A DNA stretch of 63,703 nucleotides, filler included, from Octopus bimaculoides (taxonomy: Eukaryota): NCBI RefSeq assembly GCF_001194135.2. It is 9 parts of 6 records of this genome, joined end to end, with 100 filler letters (N's around TTAATTAATTAA, not from the genome) between each part and the next. Parts side by side here need not be neighbours in the genome. Positions count along the whole stretch, not along the records: positions 1 to 25,254 come from NC_069001.1; positions 25,355 to 36,110 come from NC_068983.1; 7 more parts are not named here. One strand, written 5' to 3'. The first letter of the stretch is position 1; the number at the start of each line of letters is the position of its first letter. Of this stretch, positions 14,135-27,816 are shown piece after piece. The notes beneath the pieces were generated by a model. That model saw only the letters and a list, made by a program, of their open reading frames with translations, was not told the DNA's origin and did no database searches. The position numbers were made by a program, and so were the translations under genes.

Positions 14135-16554
14135 ATACACACGCCCGTACACGCACACACACACACACACACACACACNNNNNNNNNNNNNNNNNNNNNN
14201 NNNNNNNNNNNNNNNNNNNNNNNNNNNNNNNNNNNNNNNNNNNNNNNNNNNNNNNNNNNNNNNNNNNNNNNNNNNNNNNNNNNNNNNNNNNNNNNNNNNN
14301 NNNNNNNNNNNNNNNNNNNNNNNNNNNNNNNNNNNNNNNNNNNNNNNNNNNNNNNNNNNNNNNNNNNNNNNNNNNNNNNNNNNNNNNNNNNNNNNNNNNN
14401 NNNNNNNNNNNNNNNNNNNNNNNNNNNNNNNNNNNNNNNNNNNNNNNNNNNNNNNNNNNNNNNNNNNNNNNNNNNNNNNNNNNNNNNNNNNNNNNNNNNN
14501 NNNNNNNNNNNNNNNNNNNNNNNNNNNNNNNNNNNNNNNNNNNNNNNNNNNNNNNNNNNNNNNNNNNNNNNNNNNNNNNNNNNNNNNNNNNNNNNNNNNN
14601 NNNNNNNNNNNNNNNNNNNNNNNNNNNNNNNNNNNNNNNNNNNNNNNNNNNCTATATATACATATATGTATGTATGTATAATATATAATATTGGTAACGC
14701 TTGTTGATATGGTAGTTTCTACTGCAAATTACACTCAAAGACTGGTCAGATATCGCATTACTGATTTCCTTTCGTTTTGGTTTCATTTGCAAATTCTTAC
14801 GTGATTCAATATTAGGTCAAACACCATTACTCATTATGTAATTGTATGAATGAGTGTATGTTTGTATGTCGAGTCTTTGTGCATCTGTGTGCGTGTTTGT
14901 GTGTAAGGGTTGTGTGATGCGCAACTAATACGCAAGCTATTATTCTAACATAATATATGATAATTGAATATAGAAAGAACAGGTGATGCACACTACTTGT
15001 TACGAAGCTTTCAACGAAACTCTACACTTAGTTCTCTTTTCATTGGAAACAAAAAGAAAATCAGCAAACCAGACCAAACCAAGTCAAACCAAATGAAGTA
15101 GAATGTGAAAGAAATCAGCATCACAGGAACTGTAGAAATTCTTTATTTCCAAACACATTATCCAAATATCAATACAGATGGAACTTTTGTTTCTTTACTC
15201 TCTTTTCGTATTGGTTGTGTCTTTTCTTTCCTTTCTCTTTTTTCTTTTTCTTTTCAATACTTCTACGAACAGCATGATGGGAAAATATGCTTGCAGACGA
15301 CTAGGCTTTCATTAACAGAAGAAAAAATATGTAAAGTAGAAAAAAAGAAAAGAAATTCAGGAGTGAATGGCTCCTGTGTTTTAAAGTAAAAGTGAGAAGT
15401 GAAATGCGTCAGTTACATAATGGAAGAACAATAAACATTTTAAAGAAATATTTTTCCCCGGAGATTCTGAGAGAGAAGTAGAGAAGTAAGAGAATCACCA
15501 ACTAAAAAAAAAATAAATAAAATAAACAACAGAAACAAAACGAAAATTATTTAGACGTGGATTAGTAAGGGTCTTTTTGTTTGCAAACGACAAGAAAAGT
15601 ACTCAAAATATAAGATAGGGTATGTACATTTTATTAGAAGATGAAGCTTGTAGAATCATAATTTTGATCTGAGTTTCACGTGGTCGATTTTTCAAACGAT
15701 CGTTGAAAGAATCTGCACACTGAAAGAAATCAGANNNNNNNNNNNNNNNNNNNNNNNNNNNNNNNNNNNNNNNNNNNNNNNNNNNNNNNNNNNNNNNNNN
15801 NNNNNNNNNNNNNNNNNNNNNNNNNNNNNNNNNNNNNNNNNNNNNNNNNNNNNNNNNNNNNNNNNNNNNNNNNNNNNNNNNNNNNNNNNNNNNNNNNNNN
15901 NNNNNNNNNNNNNNNNNNNNNNNNNNNNNNNNNNNNNNNNNNNNNNNNNNNNNNNNNNNNNNNNNNNNNNNNNNNNNNNNNNNNNNNNNNNNNNNNNNNN
16001 NNNNNNNNNNNNNNNNNNNNNNNNNNNNNNNNNNNNNNNNNNNNNNNNNNNNNNNNNNNNNNNNNNNNNNNNNNNNNNNNNNNNNNNNNNNNNNNNNNNN
16101 NNNNNNNNNNNNNNNNNNNNNNNNNNNNNNNNNNNNTATAGAAATGCACTTAGTTCACATTTAATGATTTGTGTTTTTCACGAAAAAAAACACAGTTCCA
16201 TTTTACATATTATAAACATTCATTAGTATTAAACTTGAAAATTTTTTCTTTTAACTTTGGCAACGTTCCTGAAATAGGCCGGGTTCAAACTGTAATTGTT
16301 GAGACATGGAGCCTGATGAATTATGATAACGTGAAGAATGCTGACATATTTGTTAATGTGAACAAAACTGGCTGCATTTCTGTCTCGCATACTGGCATTA
16401 TTTTTATACATCAAAGACAGTCTCGCCCAACAGAAAACAATGTCTCACACACACCAAAAACAACAATAACTCTCACGTTTCCGCAACACATGCAAACACA
16501 TATACAGACACAAGCACACATGCACACACAACATTATTGCGTGATTACAGTATT

Positions 16555-16948
16555 GTGTTGTTGTTGTTGTTGGCACTCGTCGCTTACGACGTCGAGGGTT
16601 CCAGTTGATCCGACCAACAGAGCAACCTGCTCGTGAAATTAACGTGCAAGTGCCTGAGCACTCCACAGACACGTGAACCCTTAACGTAGTTGTCGGGGAT
16701 ATTCAGCGTGACACTGAGTGTGACAAGGCTGACGCTTTGAATTACAGGCACAACAGAAACAGGAAGAAAGAGTGAGAGAAAGTTGTGGTGAAAGAGTACA
16801 GCAGGGTTCGCCACCATCCCCTGCCGGAGCTTTGTGGAGCTTTAGGTGTTTTCGCTCAATAAACACTCACAACACCCGGTCTATGAATCGAAACCGCGAT
16901 CCTATGTCCGCGAGTCTGCTGCCCTAGCCACTGGGCCATTGCGCCTCC
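16555..16948 (-). mobile_element. tRNA-derived SINE family B, full-length
   Basis: The minus strand starts GGAGGCGCAATGGCCCAGTGG (A box), then GGTTTCGATTC (B box), and ends in an (ACA)n tail. The body matches 1-190. Confidence 0.9.
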
Positions 16949-17149
16949 ACACAGTATTTATAGAGAATTCAATAAGAAAATAAGTATTCTTGAAAATAAA
17001 GATTGTAACAATTTCAGAATTTGTTTCTTCTATCTTTGCCTTGTTCATGTCAATTTTTCTTTGTTCCAGATTGCAGGCATAAATTACTCTGGCAGTGGAA
17101 TTTTTTCATATATCAGAAGAGAAACGTGTCTAAGCACGAGGTTCATCAT

Positions 17150-17430
17150 CATAACTATCTTTCGAGCAACTTGTGGTTGTTCGGGATTCCATTGACAATC
17201 TCTTTCCACACTACACGGTCCTGCATTGCTATGTTCAGATCTCTAATATCCAGCCCAGAGTCCCTAGATATAGTATCTGGATATGTAGGTTTCCTGGAGA
17301 AAACACTTCCAGAGGGATGCTATAGGAGCAGGGATGAGATAACCCCTTTCTCTGCTCGATGGCGGTGGCCAACAAATTGTAGCCATTTCTGCTTTAGCTT
17401 GAGGGGGTGTGATGTGTTGAGTCGTTAACC
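17150..17430 (-). mobile_element. RTE-type LINE ORF2 C-terminal relic
   Basis: Translation KLKQKWLQFVGHRHRAEKGVISSLLL*HP...RKPTYPDTISRDSGLDIRDLNIAMQDRVVWKEIV resembles RTE-clade C-termini (L.F.GH..R...DR..W); one in-frame stop. Confidence 0.7.
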
Positions 17431-20400
17431 CAGCGTTTTTATTCTATAACTAATATTTTACTCTTGTCTCAATTATTCTGAGCCATTCTCTTTGTAGCCC
17501 TGTATAAAATCTATTGGTTTCCTAATAAGAAACCATTAATATTACATACGTATATATATATNNNNNNNNNNNNNNNNNNNNNNNNNNNNNNNNNNNNNNN
17601 NNNNNNNNNNNNNNNNNNNNNNNNNNNNNNNNNNNNNNNNNNNNNNNNNNNNNNNNNNNNNNNNNNNNNNNNNNNNNNNNNNNNNNNNNNNNNNNNNNNN
17701 NNNNNNNNNNNNNNNNNNNNNNNNNNNNNNNNNNNNNNNNNNNNNNNNNNNNNNNNNNNNNNNNNNNNNNNNNNNNNNNNNNNNNNNNNNNNNNNNNNNN
17801 NNNNNNNNNNNNNNNNNNNNNNNNNNNNNNNNNNNNNNNNNNNNNNNNNNNNNNNNNNNNNNNNNNNNNNNNNNNNNNNNNNNNNNNNNNNNNNNNNNNN
17901 NNNNNNNNNNNNNNNNNNNNNNNNNNNNNNNNNNNNNNNNNNNNNNNNNNNNNNNNNNNNNNNNNNNNNNNNNNNNNNNNNNNNNNNNNNNNNNNNNNNN
18001 NNNNNNNNNNNNNNNNNNNNNNNNNNNNNNNNNNNNNNNNNNNNNNNNNNNNNNNNNNNNNNNNNNNNNNNNNNNNNNNNNNNNNNNNNNNNNNNNNNNN
18101 NNNNNNNNNNNNNNNNNNNNNNNNNNNNNNNNNNNNNNNNNNNNNNNNNNNNNNNNNNNNNNNNNNNNNNNNNNNNNNNNNNNNNNNNNNNNNNNNNNNN
18201 NNNNNNNNNNNNNNNNNNNNNNNNNNNNNNNNNNNNNNNNNNNNNNNNNNNNNNNNNNNNNNNNNNNNNNNNNNNNNNNNNNNNNNNNNNNNNNNNNNNN
18301 NNNNNNNNNNNNNNNNNNNNNNNNNNNNNNNNNNNNNNNNNNNNNNNNNNNNNNNNNNNNNNNNNNNNNNNNNNNNNNNNNTATATATGGTTTTAAAGAT
18401 TATGTTGAATAACGATAACAAAGTATAATTAAAGCAGTGATAAAAATATGCATAGGTATATCGAGGCAACGAAAAGTTACATTGATAACAATTATGCAAA
18501 AGATCTAATACGGTGGTAAGAGATAATAGCTGAAAGAACAAGGCAGTTGTGTGATAAAATAGATAACCGTAAAACAAGATATTCATGTGATAAAACAGTT
18601 GAAAGAAACGTTGATAGCAACTAAATAAAGATCTGATGTTGCGATAACGGTCAACAACTATTACAACAAACTCGCAATGAAATAAAAATAAGGAATTCAG
18701 CAGTTAAATAAGATAACGATTCAGGGTTTGAAGATAACAACTGTAACATTAAAATGCAGAAAGATATATGACAAATATTGGAAAAGAGAAAAAAGAATTC
18801 ATATGAATAGATATTGAAATTATAACGATAATATAATGTAACATTGTATATATATATATATATACATATAAATGTGTGTGTGTGCGTGTAAGATGTCTTT
18901 TTATTTTCGCTAATTCATTGGATTGCAGGCATACTGGTCCACCGCTTTGAATACAACCAGAGATACTTATTTTTAAATCTGGTACTTTTGCTGTACTGCT
19001 AAGTTATGAGAACATGAACCACTAAGGAGTTTCAAGTGGTGCATTTGCCTTTGTGNNNNNNNNNNATATATATATATATATATATATATGGGTGGAGTGT
19101 ATATATATACCAATCTACACGTATTCATATATATGTATATACATTTACATACACGCATACACATATACTTATGTATTGTGGTAAGCGTGATATATACAAC
19201 GGCGTCATTGAATTGTTCTAACATTTTCACTATAATACTCAGAGTTCCTCTTCATTAAATTACACAGGGCTTGTGTTGTCACCCAATAGCGAACTCACCG
19301 ATAATGATGTTTAATAAAGATTTCACTTTAATAAAGGTTTGACTGGTAAGTCAATCAAATTAACGCTCCAGAAGATANNNNNNNNNNNNNNNNNNNNNNN
19401 NNNNNNNNNNNNNNNNNNNNNNNNNNNNNNNNNNNNNNNNNNNNNNNNNNNNNNNNNNNNNNNNNNNNNNNNNNNNNNNNNNNNNNNNNNNNNNNNNNNN
19501 NNNNNNNNNNNNNNNNNNNNNNNNNNNNNNNNNNNNNNNNNNNNNNNNNNNNNNNNNNNNNNNNNNNNNNNNNNNNNNNNNNNNNNNNNNNNNNNNNNNN
19601 NNNNNNNNNNNNNNNNNNNNNNNNNNNNNNNNNNNNNNNNNNNNNNNNNNNNNNNNNNNNNNNNNNNNNNNNNNNNNNNNNNNNNNNNNNNNNNNNNNNN
19701 NNNNNNNNNNNNNNNNNNNNNNNNNNNNNNNNNNNNNNNNNNNNNNNNNNNNNNNNNNNNNNNNNNNNNNNNNNNNNNNNNNNNNNNNNNNNNNNNNNNN
19801 NNNNNNNNNNNNNNNNNNNNNNNNNNNNNNNNNNNNNNNNNNNNNNNNNNNNNNNNNNNNNNNNNNNNNNNNNNNNNNNNNNNNNNNNNNNNNNNNNNNN
19901 NNNNNNNNNNNNNNNNNNNNNNNNNNNNNNNNNNNNNNNNNNNNNNNNNNNNNNNNNNNNNNNNNNNNNNNNNNNNNNNNNNNNNNNNNNNNNNNNNNNN
20001 NNNNNNNNNNNNNNNNNNNNNNNNNNNNNNNNNNNNNNNNNNNNNNNNNNNNNNNNNNNNNNNNNNNNNNNNNNNNNNNNNNNNNNNNNNNNNNNNNNNN
20101 NNNNNNNNNNNNNNNNNNNNNNNNNNNNNNNNNNNNNNNNNNNNNNNNNNNNNNNNNNNNNNNNNNNNNNNNNNNNNNNNNNNNNNNNNNNNNNNNNNNN
20201 NNNNNNNNNNNNNNNNNNNNNNNNNNNNNNNNNNNNNNNNNNNNNNNNNNNNNNNNNNNNNNNNNNNNNNNNNNNNNNNNNNNNNNNNNNNNNNNNNNNN
20301 NNNNNNNNNNNNNNNNNNNNNNNNNNNNNNNNNNNNNNNNNNNNNNNNNNNNNNNNNNNNNNNNNNNNNNTATATATATATATATATTATAAATATATAT

Positions 20401-20932
20401 ACTTTCTTGGAAAAGGATACGTGGCGTTCGATCATATAATAATATGAATAATATATAAATATATGCATATATCCATACATATATGTACATACCTACATTT
20501 ATATGTATACATATATGCATATATGGACATCAAAAAATATCCCTTCATCGGAGACGGTGTGAGAGGATGGTTAAGCAATAGTTAGTTTAGTTAAGATAGG
20601 AAATAGAGAGTGAATGTAGGGATATTGTATTTGTAAATCCAATGTTTAGGCAGAATGGTATACATATAAGATTCCAATACCTTGTGAGTAAGATCCAATT
20701 GTTTTTAAGATTGCTCCTTGCCTTTGTAAATCCATTATTAAGATTCCAATACCCTACGAGTACAATCCAACAGTCTTTGAAATTGGTTATTCCACATATA
20801 GAGTTTAATGACAGTGTTATTGAATCAAAGGTTCTGTTTAAATGTGTGTGTGTGTGTGTGTATGTGTGTGTGTGCGTGTNNNNNNNNNNNNNNNNNNNNN
20901 NNNNNNNNNNNNNNNNNNNNNNNNNNNNNNNN

Positions 20933-20964
<32 letters not shown>

Positions 20965-22733
20965 CTTGAGTGTTTGTGTGTCTCATTATGTCAGTCGGTG
21001 TCCGTGCTTGACAACCAGAATTGGTGTATTTACATATCCGTAACTTAGCTGTTCGGCAAAACCGATGGATAATATAAATACCAGATTATAATACATAATA
21101 ATATGGTGAATATGTCCATTACACCGGAAACTTGTCAACAATAATATATCGCTTGTATTTAGAAAGCCGGTGACTTGTTGACAACATAGGTTTATCATTT
21201 ATAAACTCGTATGTTTGATGACAAGACAATGGAGATATATTATTTATAATCCCGATGATATGTTGATATTAACATGAAGATTATATTCTAACGTTTGACG
21301 ATATTGTATCTCTGGTGGGTCTTTATGCCAATACATATCAGAGGCAATTGTTCTATATCAATTAATTATTTTAATTTGATAAATAGTTAACCATTTAACC
21401 AATTAAGTAATTGATTATTTGATTAATCGTTCGGACAATCAATCACGCAGCTAGTTTTGTTTAATTACTTTCGTCACCATTCGTGATCTCTTCAGTAACA
21501 TGCCCTACGAAATATTTATCAATTATTCTCATCATCAATATTTAAGATTTATCAACATAACACTACACAGTTACTATTTACAATCTGCGACATATATTGA
21601 CAATAACATTGAGTTTATATATGGCGTCAACATCGGGCGTTGATTCATGTCAAATGCATATCCCACATAAAACAAACTAGCACAAGTCAAAGACTATGTA
21701 TATAGACAACCGCTTCGTTTTATATCTTCGATATTAAACATAGCAGCAATAACTGGAGGCTGTTCATAACTCCTGTCGTGTTGAAGATCAGGTATTTTTT
21801 TAATATATATACAAATATCTGAATAACTCACGAACCATAGTGACTTTATAGCCTCAATAAATTGTTGAAATTAATTTACCTTCAATAGCATGGAAAATCA
21901 GAATGGAACGACTGGATGAGGCCGTCTGCATGATAGCGATTTGCTACGGCTGGTAGGGGATTGAACCAGTTTCGGAATTTTCGTTGGAGGCACCGACTGA
22001 CATTGGTAGACAAAACGGTCGTAAGCTATGTTAAGTTTTGTATAAAAAAATAATTAACCGATGATGCTTAATGTGTTTGTTGCTCTAAATTTTAATTTTG
22101 AATTTGATTCCTAATATACTCTTGCTTATTCTGTTATTACCTGTACCCTATGAGCATAGTGTGCTTGCATACCCATTCTCAGGGTTAACATAGATAATTG
22201 AAACCGGTAGTAAGAACGGATATTCTTATCCCTTAGACGGTTATTGCAACCGCTAACTCTACTTACGAATACATATATATATATATATATNNNNNNNNNN
22301 NNNNNNNNNNNNNNNNNNNNNNNNNNNNNNNNNNNNNNNNNNNNNNNNNNNNNNNNNNNNNNNNNNNNNNNNNNNNNNNNNNNNNNNNNNNNNNNNNNNN
22401 NNNNNNNNNNNNNNNNNNNNNNNNNNNNNNNNNNNNNNNNNNNNNNNNNNNNNNNNNNNNNNNNNNNNNNNNNNNNNNNNNNNNNNNNNNNNNNNNNNNN
22501 NNNNNNNNNNNNNNNNNNNNNNNNNNNNNNNNNNNNNNNNNNNNNNNNNNNNNNNNNNNNNNNNNNNNNNNNNNNNNNNNNNNNNNNNNNNNNNNNNNNN
22601 NNNNNNNCAATTATCAAGTGTAAATTCCTCAAAACTATCGCTCGATATTTACGAAGAAATATAAATAATTTTAGAAAAATTACGTTATTCGTTCACAGCA
22701 ATTCGAATTTCAAGGTATAGAACCTATTACAAA

Positions 22734-23154
22734 ACAAGAGTGAAAGAAAGCTAAGCTACTTTATCAGATTACAACACGCTTCTGCCTGGCAGTAAATTTA
22801 AATATACGTATATAAAGTGAGGGAGGGATAGCTTTGGCTATTTCCGTACATGTTGAAAAACAAAGATACTCTCGATAATTGAAATTTAATTGATTTTTCT
22901 TAAAAAATGATTTATTTAATTTACAAGTTAAATCCGAAACTATGGTACACAGTTTTGTTCTTCTCACTCGCTGGCAGCTCATATTCCTATCAAGGTGAAT
23001 TGTAGATGTTTTTCGTCAAATGATCTGTTTTTCAACATGTACGGAAATAGCCGAAGCTATCCCTCCCTCTCTTCATATATGCATATTTAAATTTGCCGCC
23101 AGGCAGAAGCATATTGAAATCTGATAAGGAAGCTTAGCTTTCTTTCACTCTTGT
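22734..23154. mobile_element. Foldback/MITE with ~128-bp imperfect terminal inverted repeats
   Basis: 22734-22861 (acaagagtgaaagaaagctaagct...ccgtacatgttgaaaaac) is the reverse complement of ~23027-23154. No clear TSD. Confidence 0.75.
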
Positions 23155-24779
23155 CTTAAATATATATATACATATAAGAGTCAGCCGATTCAACACGGAT
23201 TTAAGACATATTTTTTCTTGATTTATCTTGCATTCTCTCCCATTAGTTTCTTCATCTCGTACCGTCAAATCATCTGTCTGAAGATATTTAGCTGTCAGGT
23301 TACCAACATTTCCTTCCAGCCCTGCTCCATTTGTGATGATTCACTTGTGACAAGTATATCGCACATGACATTGGCAAAGACGTTGTCATGCCTCGTATAT
23401 TATACTTTTGAAAGCGAACTATTTATCTGTCTTAACATCGATGTGCAGACATATTAGCTACTGAATATATCTGCCGACTTGATCTTGTGTGTCAGTATAA
23501 TTGAACTAGGCAAAGATGTGTCAGATCTTGTGGTTAATTATCTCATTATTCAAGTTGCATTCAGGACCGTCTGAACACTATTGCAGGTCTACCCATCGAG
23601 CAAAAGATCGCATTGAGGCCACTACATATACAACTACAGCATGCATAGATTCGCAGTGGCGCCCTTAGATATGTTGGGCAGCATACAGGAAAATGTCCAG
23701 TTTTAAACAAGTCTTAAGAAGGCACAAGTCGTGAATAATCCCTCATCACATGGTTTTCTCGAGATATAGAAATTTCAGGAACGTCTTAATGATGACTAAA
23801 GAGCTGATACATTACAAGAATTATCCAAGGAAGTATCAATGCGTGAACAATTTAGACTAGAAATCAAGAATAAATATGGAGATGTCGTGATGTTCATGCA
23901 CGTATATGAAACAAGTATAAATAAGAAAAAATATAATAGAAAGACATAGCAGCCAGCCAACCCCCCATCTAGTGTGTCAGCAGACAGAGACGACTTTCCT
24001 GTTAATTAGAGAGTATGATTAAATATTGATGATGTAGTTTGTTTACATCGATTTCAAATTTTAATGTCGTTTCTTGTAATTACAAAATGTTTACTGTTTA
24101 TTAGCAGCTTCCTCACCGTTTCTGCTGTAACTGCTACTGCAATTATAATGTACAGCATATCGCCACCACCACCACCACTACCACCACAACAACGACAACA
24201 GCACCTCACCAGTGCCTCAAACAACAACTACAAAAGCAACGGCATCAACACCAGCTACAGTCACAACTATTCATTACAGCCAAAATAACAGACACATGAA
24301 TATTAATTACAGTAAATATACAAATATATACAAATATATACACATACACACATACACGATCATGCGCGCGTATGGATGCGTACGTATGTATTCTTACAAA
24401 GGCAATCAGCCATATGTAAGTATTTATGCATACGCAAATACTGGAGTATATATCTATATTTTTGTATATATATGTATGTGTGAGTTTATATATGTGTATC
24501 TATATTTATATCTATCTATATCTATATCTATCTATCTATCTATCTATATATATATATNNNNNNNNNNNNNNNNNNNNNNNNNNNNNNNNTGGATATATGC
24601 CTATATACGCTGAGAAACGCAAAAATACATACACAAAAACATGTACATGCATTTATGTATCATTGTGCAAACGGATGCGCACGCTGGATAGGGTGGAATG
24701 TTTTCCGTATTTCAAGCATTTATTAATAGTTGAAAATGTGTGCGGAGATCGTTTAATTCATAAAATATATCCATTCATA

Positions 24780-25200
24780 TTCTATTACCTCTTGTCCACA
24801 TTCAGCCTGAAGCTCATACCCATTGGCTGGTTTAGGGGCAAACAACCTCCTTGCAACGGTTTATAACCTCATCCTCATTGTTGAACCTTCATCCATGCAG
24901 AAAATTATTAATCATGGCTCGGTAATATTGGTAGTTCGATTGTATAAAGTCTGGATTGCAGATATGGTAAGGCAGAACTTCCAGCCCCTCAAGTTTGCAA
25001 ATGGTCAAACTGTTAGACATAATCACAGAGCATGACCACGGTCATGCTGTGTGAATATGCGTTTTTGATTGGCCGATATCGCTTAGCGAGCTTTCAAATA
25101 TACTGGTTGCAGTTGTTGTGCATAAAGTTCAGCGTTCACAGCAGGGACACTTGGGTTCAACTCAAAAGTCAACTACCCATCGTAATTCCTTCAAACAAAC
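24780..25200 (-). mobile_element. Decayed mariner transposase, C-terminal part
   Basis: Translation with stops and frameshifts: VNAELYAQQL...LEGLEVLPYHICNPDFIQSNYQYYRAMINNFLHG*RFNNEDEV, recognisable as the mariner EVLPHPPYSPDLAPSDY region. Confidence 0.75.
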
Positions 25201-25210
25201 AACGCTCGTG

Positions 25211-25254
<44 letters not shown>

Positions 25255-25354
25255 NNNNNNNNNNNNNNNNNNNNNNNNNNNNNNNNNNNNNNNNNNNNTT
25301 AATTAATTAANNNNNNNNNNNNNNNNNNNNNNNNNNNNNNNNNNNNNNNNNNNN

Positions 25355-25387
<33 letters not shown>

Positions 25388-25397
25388 ATATATATAC

Positions 25398-25428
<31 letters not shown>

Positions 25429-25473
25429 TGTATGTATGTATAACTTGTTTTCAATCTCTGAACGATAGATATA

Positions 25474-25598
25474 CAGTAACAGTACCGGATAGTAATGTTT
25501 ATATGTCAACAGAATGTGGTAGTCTTGTAAAAGTCGACGTTACTGTTGTTTTAGCCCCAGGAAAATATCTTTTCCATTACTATCCGGTACTGTTACTG
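25474..25598. mobile_element. Tc1/mariner-type MITE, 125 bp
   Basis: Perfect 24-bp TIR CAGTAACAGTACCGGATAGTAATG, flanked by TA on both sides (25472-73, 25599-600). Confidence 0.75.
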
Positions 25599-27717
25599 TA
25601 TATCTCCAGCCCAGAGATTTAAAACAAGTTGTTTTTGTCTATACGAGATCAGTGATTGTGTGTCGCCAAAAAATATATATAATATTTGCAAGTGGAGATA
25701 GCTTTCGTCACTAGCTTGTGGTTATCTCACTCTGAGGACGAATAACGTCCAAAATCCGAGGTCTGCGAGTATCACATAAGGCTATAGATATATAGATAAA
25801 TAGATAAGATAGATAGATATGCACAGACACATATGTATGGATCAAAAAGTTTAATTCAGAATCCTTGGTACTCTGAGTTTTGAGCGTGATGCAAGTGTTC
25901 AGCCATTGAGTCAGACTCAATGACCGAGAGACTAGCGAAACGTTTGAAACTCAGAGTACAAGGAATTTGAAACAAACTGTTTTGAACCATACATGTAACT
26001 CACAATAAATGTGTTGAGTGCCTTCTTTTGTTTTTCTCATCACTCCTATATNNNNNNNNNNNNNNNNNNNNNNNNNNNNNNNNNNNNNNNNNNNNNNNNN
26101 NNNNNNNNNNNNNNNNNNNNNNNNNNNNNNNNNNNNNNNNNNNNNNNNNNNNNNNNNNNNNNNNNNNNNNNNNNNNNNNNNNNNNNNNNNNNNTATATGT
26201 ATATATATATATATATATACACATATAATCCTAAATTCTCCCCTCACTCTATCTACCTCTATTTCTATTTCTTTTCTTTTCTTTTACCACTTAGTAGCCA
26301 CCACCGCTACCATTCTGTTATTGAACGTTGATATGTTCGCGTCTTTTTTCTTGGAATGTCTGCTATATCAGGACTTTAACCCACATTGGTATCCGCAGGA
26401 TTGCACCTGAAGACTTACGCTCATGGATCTTCACAGGATTGCACCTAAGGACTCATGCTCTTGTTTCTATAACGTCGGAAAGTTGAACTATGAACATCTA
26501 TGCTTTTTTCTTTCCATCCCCTTTTTCTTTTTTCTTTCCATCCCATTTTTCTTTTACTCCCTTCCACTATGTCGTCATCTCAATATATACCATTCTCATT
26601 TTCACTATTTCTTCTATTTGTCTCTGATGACGGAATATCAGTGATATCCCAGAAACAGCTGTAAAACTGAATTTTTTTCCAATGATAACGTTGTATACAA
26701 CTTGAGATGCTTGCCTTGCCTTAATGTTTTTGTCCTCTTTAACAACCATATATCCACCGCATCGGAAATCTGGCTCCATAACTACCGTCTCGGCTATAAC
26801 CTTGGAACCCTAGTAATCCGTTACAGCACTTACCTAGCGTATCTAATCATTTAGATCACTTGTGAAATAAACGCCACTACTTTGTATATATATATATGTA
26901 TAGGCAATTATGCGGATAATATAAATTAAATAGAGAATCTATTTATACAAAATGCTAAACCATCGTCAGATTGCTATGCATTATAGTTAAACTTGCCTTC
27001 ATATAGTCTCTGCCGAGTCTCACTTTTGAATGTGTGGTCTTGCGTGGGGGCTAACTTGGCTTTTATGGTTGATTGTTGTGAAAAGATGTTTTGGAAAAAT
27101 TTTAGTTGATTAAATTCTGAGTTATGTTATTGTTTAGAACTCATTCATGCATGCAGAATCTTGTCAACAAGCCTGTAGCATTTCTCTTTTGTTAGGTAGG
27201 CACAAGATGTGACAGTATTTGAGTTCAACTTTTTAATAGATTTATTGATTGCATGTTTATTTCTTTACATTGATTTATAATGTCGGCCACTAAGAATATA
27301 TTTTCACTGCGTTACTCAGTTCATTATGAATTGTTCATGATCGGATTTCAGTTGTTTCGTAATTCGTCTACGCTGTTGTTTCTTAACTTAAGGTTCTTCT
27401 GTGGTGTTCTTCAAAGTTGCTTCCGTTTTCAAGGAGTACAATGCATAGAATGATATAGATCCAGCCTCTTTATTTTGAATCAAATTTTAATTTAATCTGC
27501 CATAAACAATATTAATTGTAATACTCCTGTCGTTTTTAATGTTTCCTGAATATATTAAACATTTCTTCCGTCCGTCAGATCATTCAGATTAAATGCTTAT
27601 TAGGATGGCAGTAACTCAATTTAGAACCAGTTAAATGTTTTAGTGAAGATGGTGAGCATCGTCCCCACAGCCATATGCGGTTAATAGATTGGTTTCAGTA
27701 AACAATTTGAAACTTAC

Positions 27718-27816
27718 CTTTCTGATGATTTTCTGAAGTTGCCGAATTCCAATGAGTCGTAAAACAAACCAAAGTTTCAGAGAAGTGAACGGACGTCCGC
27801 AAGGAATTTGCCATTT
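27718..27816 (-). CDS. DDC-like: AADC/DDC-family PLP decarboxylase exon E (99 nt): [33 protein letters not shown]
   Basis: Acceptor catgttttag and donor gtaagt, phase 0/0. Aligns to DDC [33 protein letters not shown] and has the same size as the corresponding human exon. Confidence 0.92.

Noticed and set aside
13290-16948. tRNA-like A/B boxes at ~13300-13360 and 16890-16948
   Set aside because: They continue into SINE bodies and lack a cloverleaf and terminator, so they are SINE heads rather than tRNA genes.
20668-20790. Degenerate 72-bp tandem duplication (and a 20-bp exact tandem at 7611-7650)
   Set aside because: Two-copy local duplications without spacers or associated genes; not CRISPR-like and unremarkable.
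23220-23580. Protein-like minus-strand frame (GAGLEGNVGNLTAKYLQTDD) with many stops
   Set aside because: Probably a TE relic, but I cannot assign a family by eye, so it is not reported as a feature.
25725-26480. Hammerhead-like fragments at ~25732-25770 and ~26405-26480
   Set aside because: The core or GAAA element is missing and the helices cannot be closed.
26829-26890. Minus-strand GTAAGT donor as a candidate for the next decarboxylase exon
   Set aside because: All frames upstream of it contain stops, and there is no GLVCFRL-like sequence.
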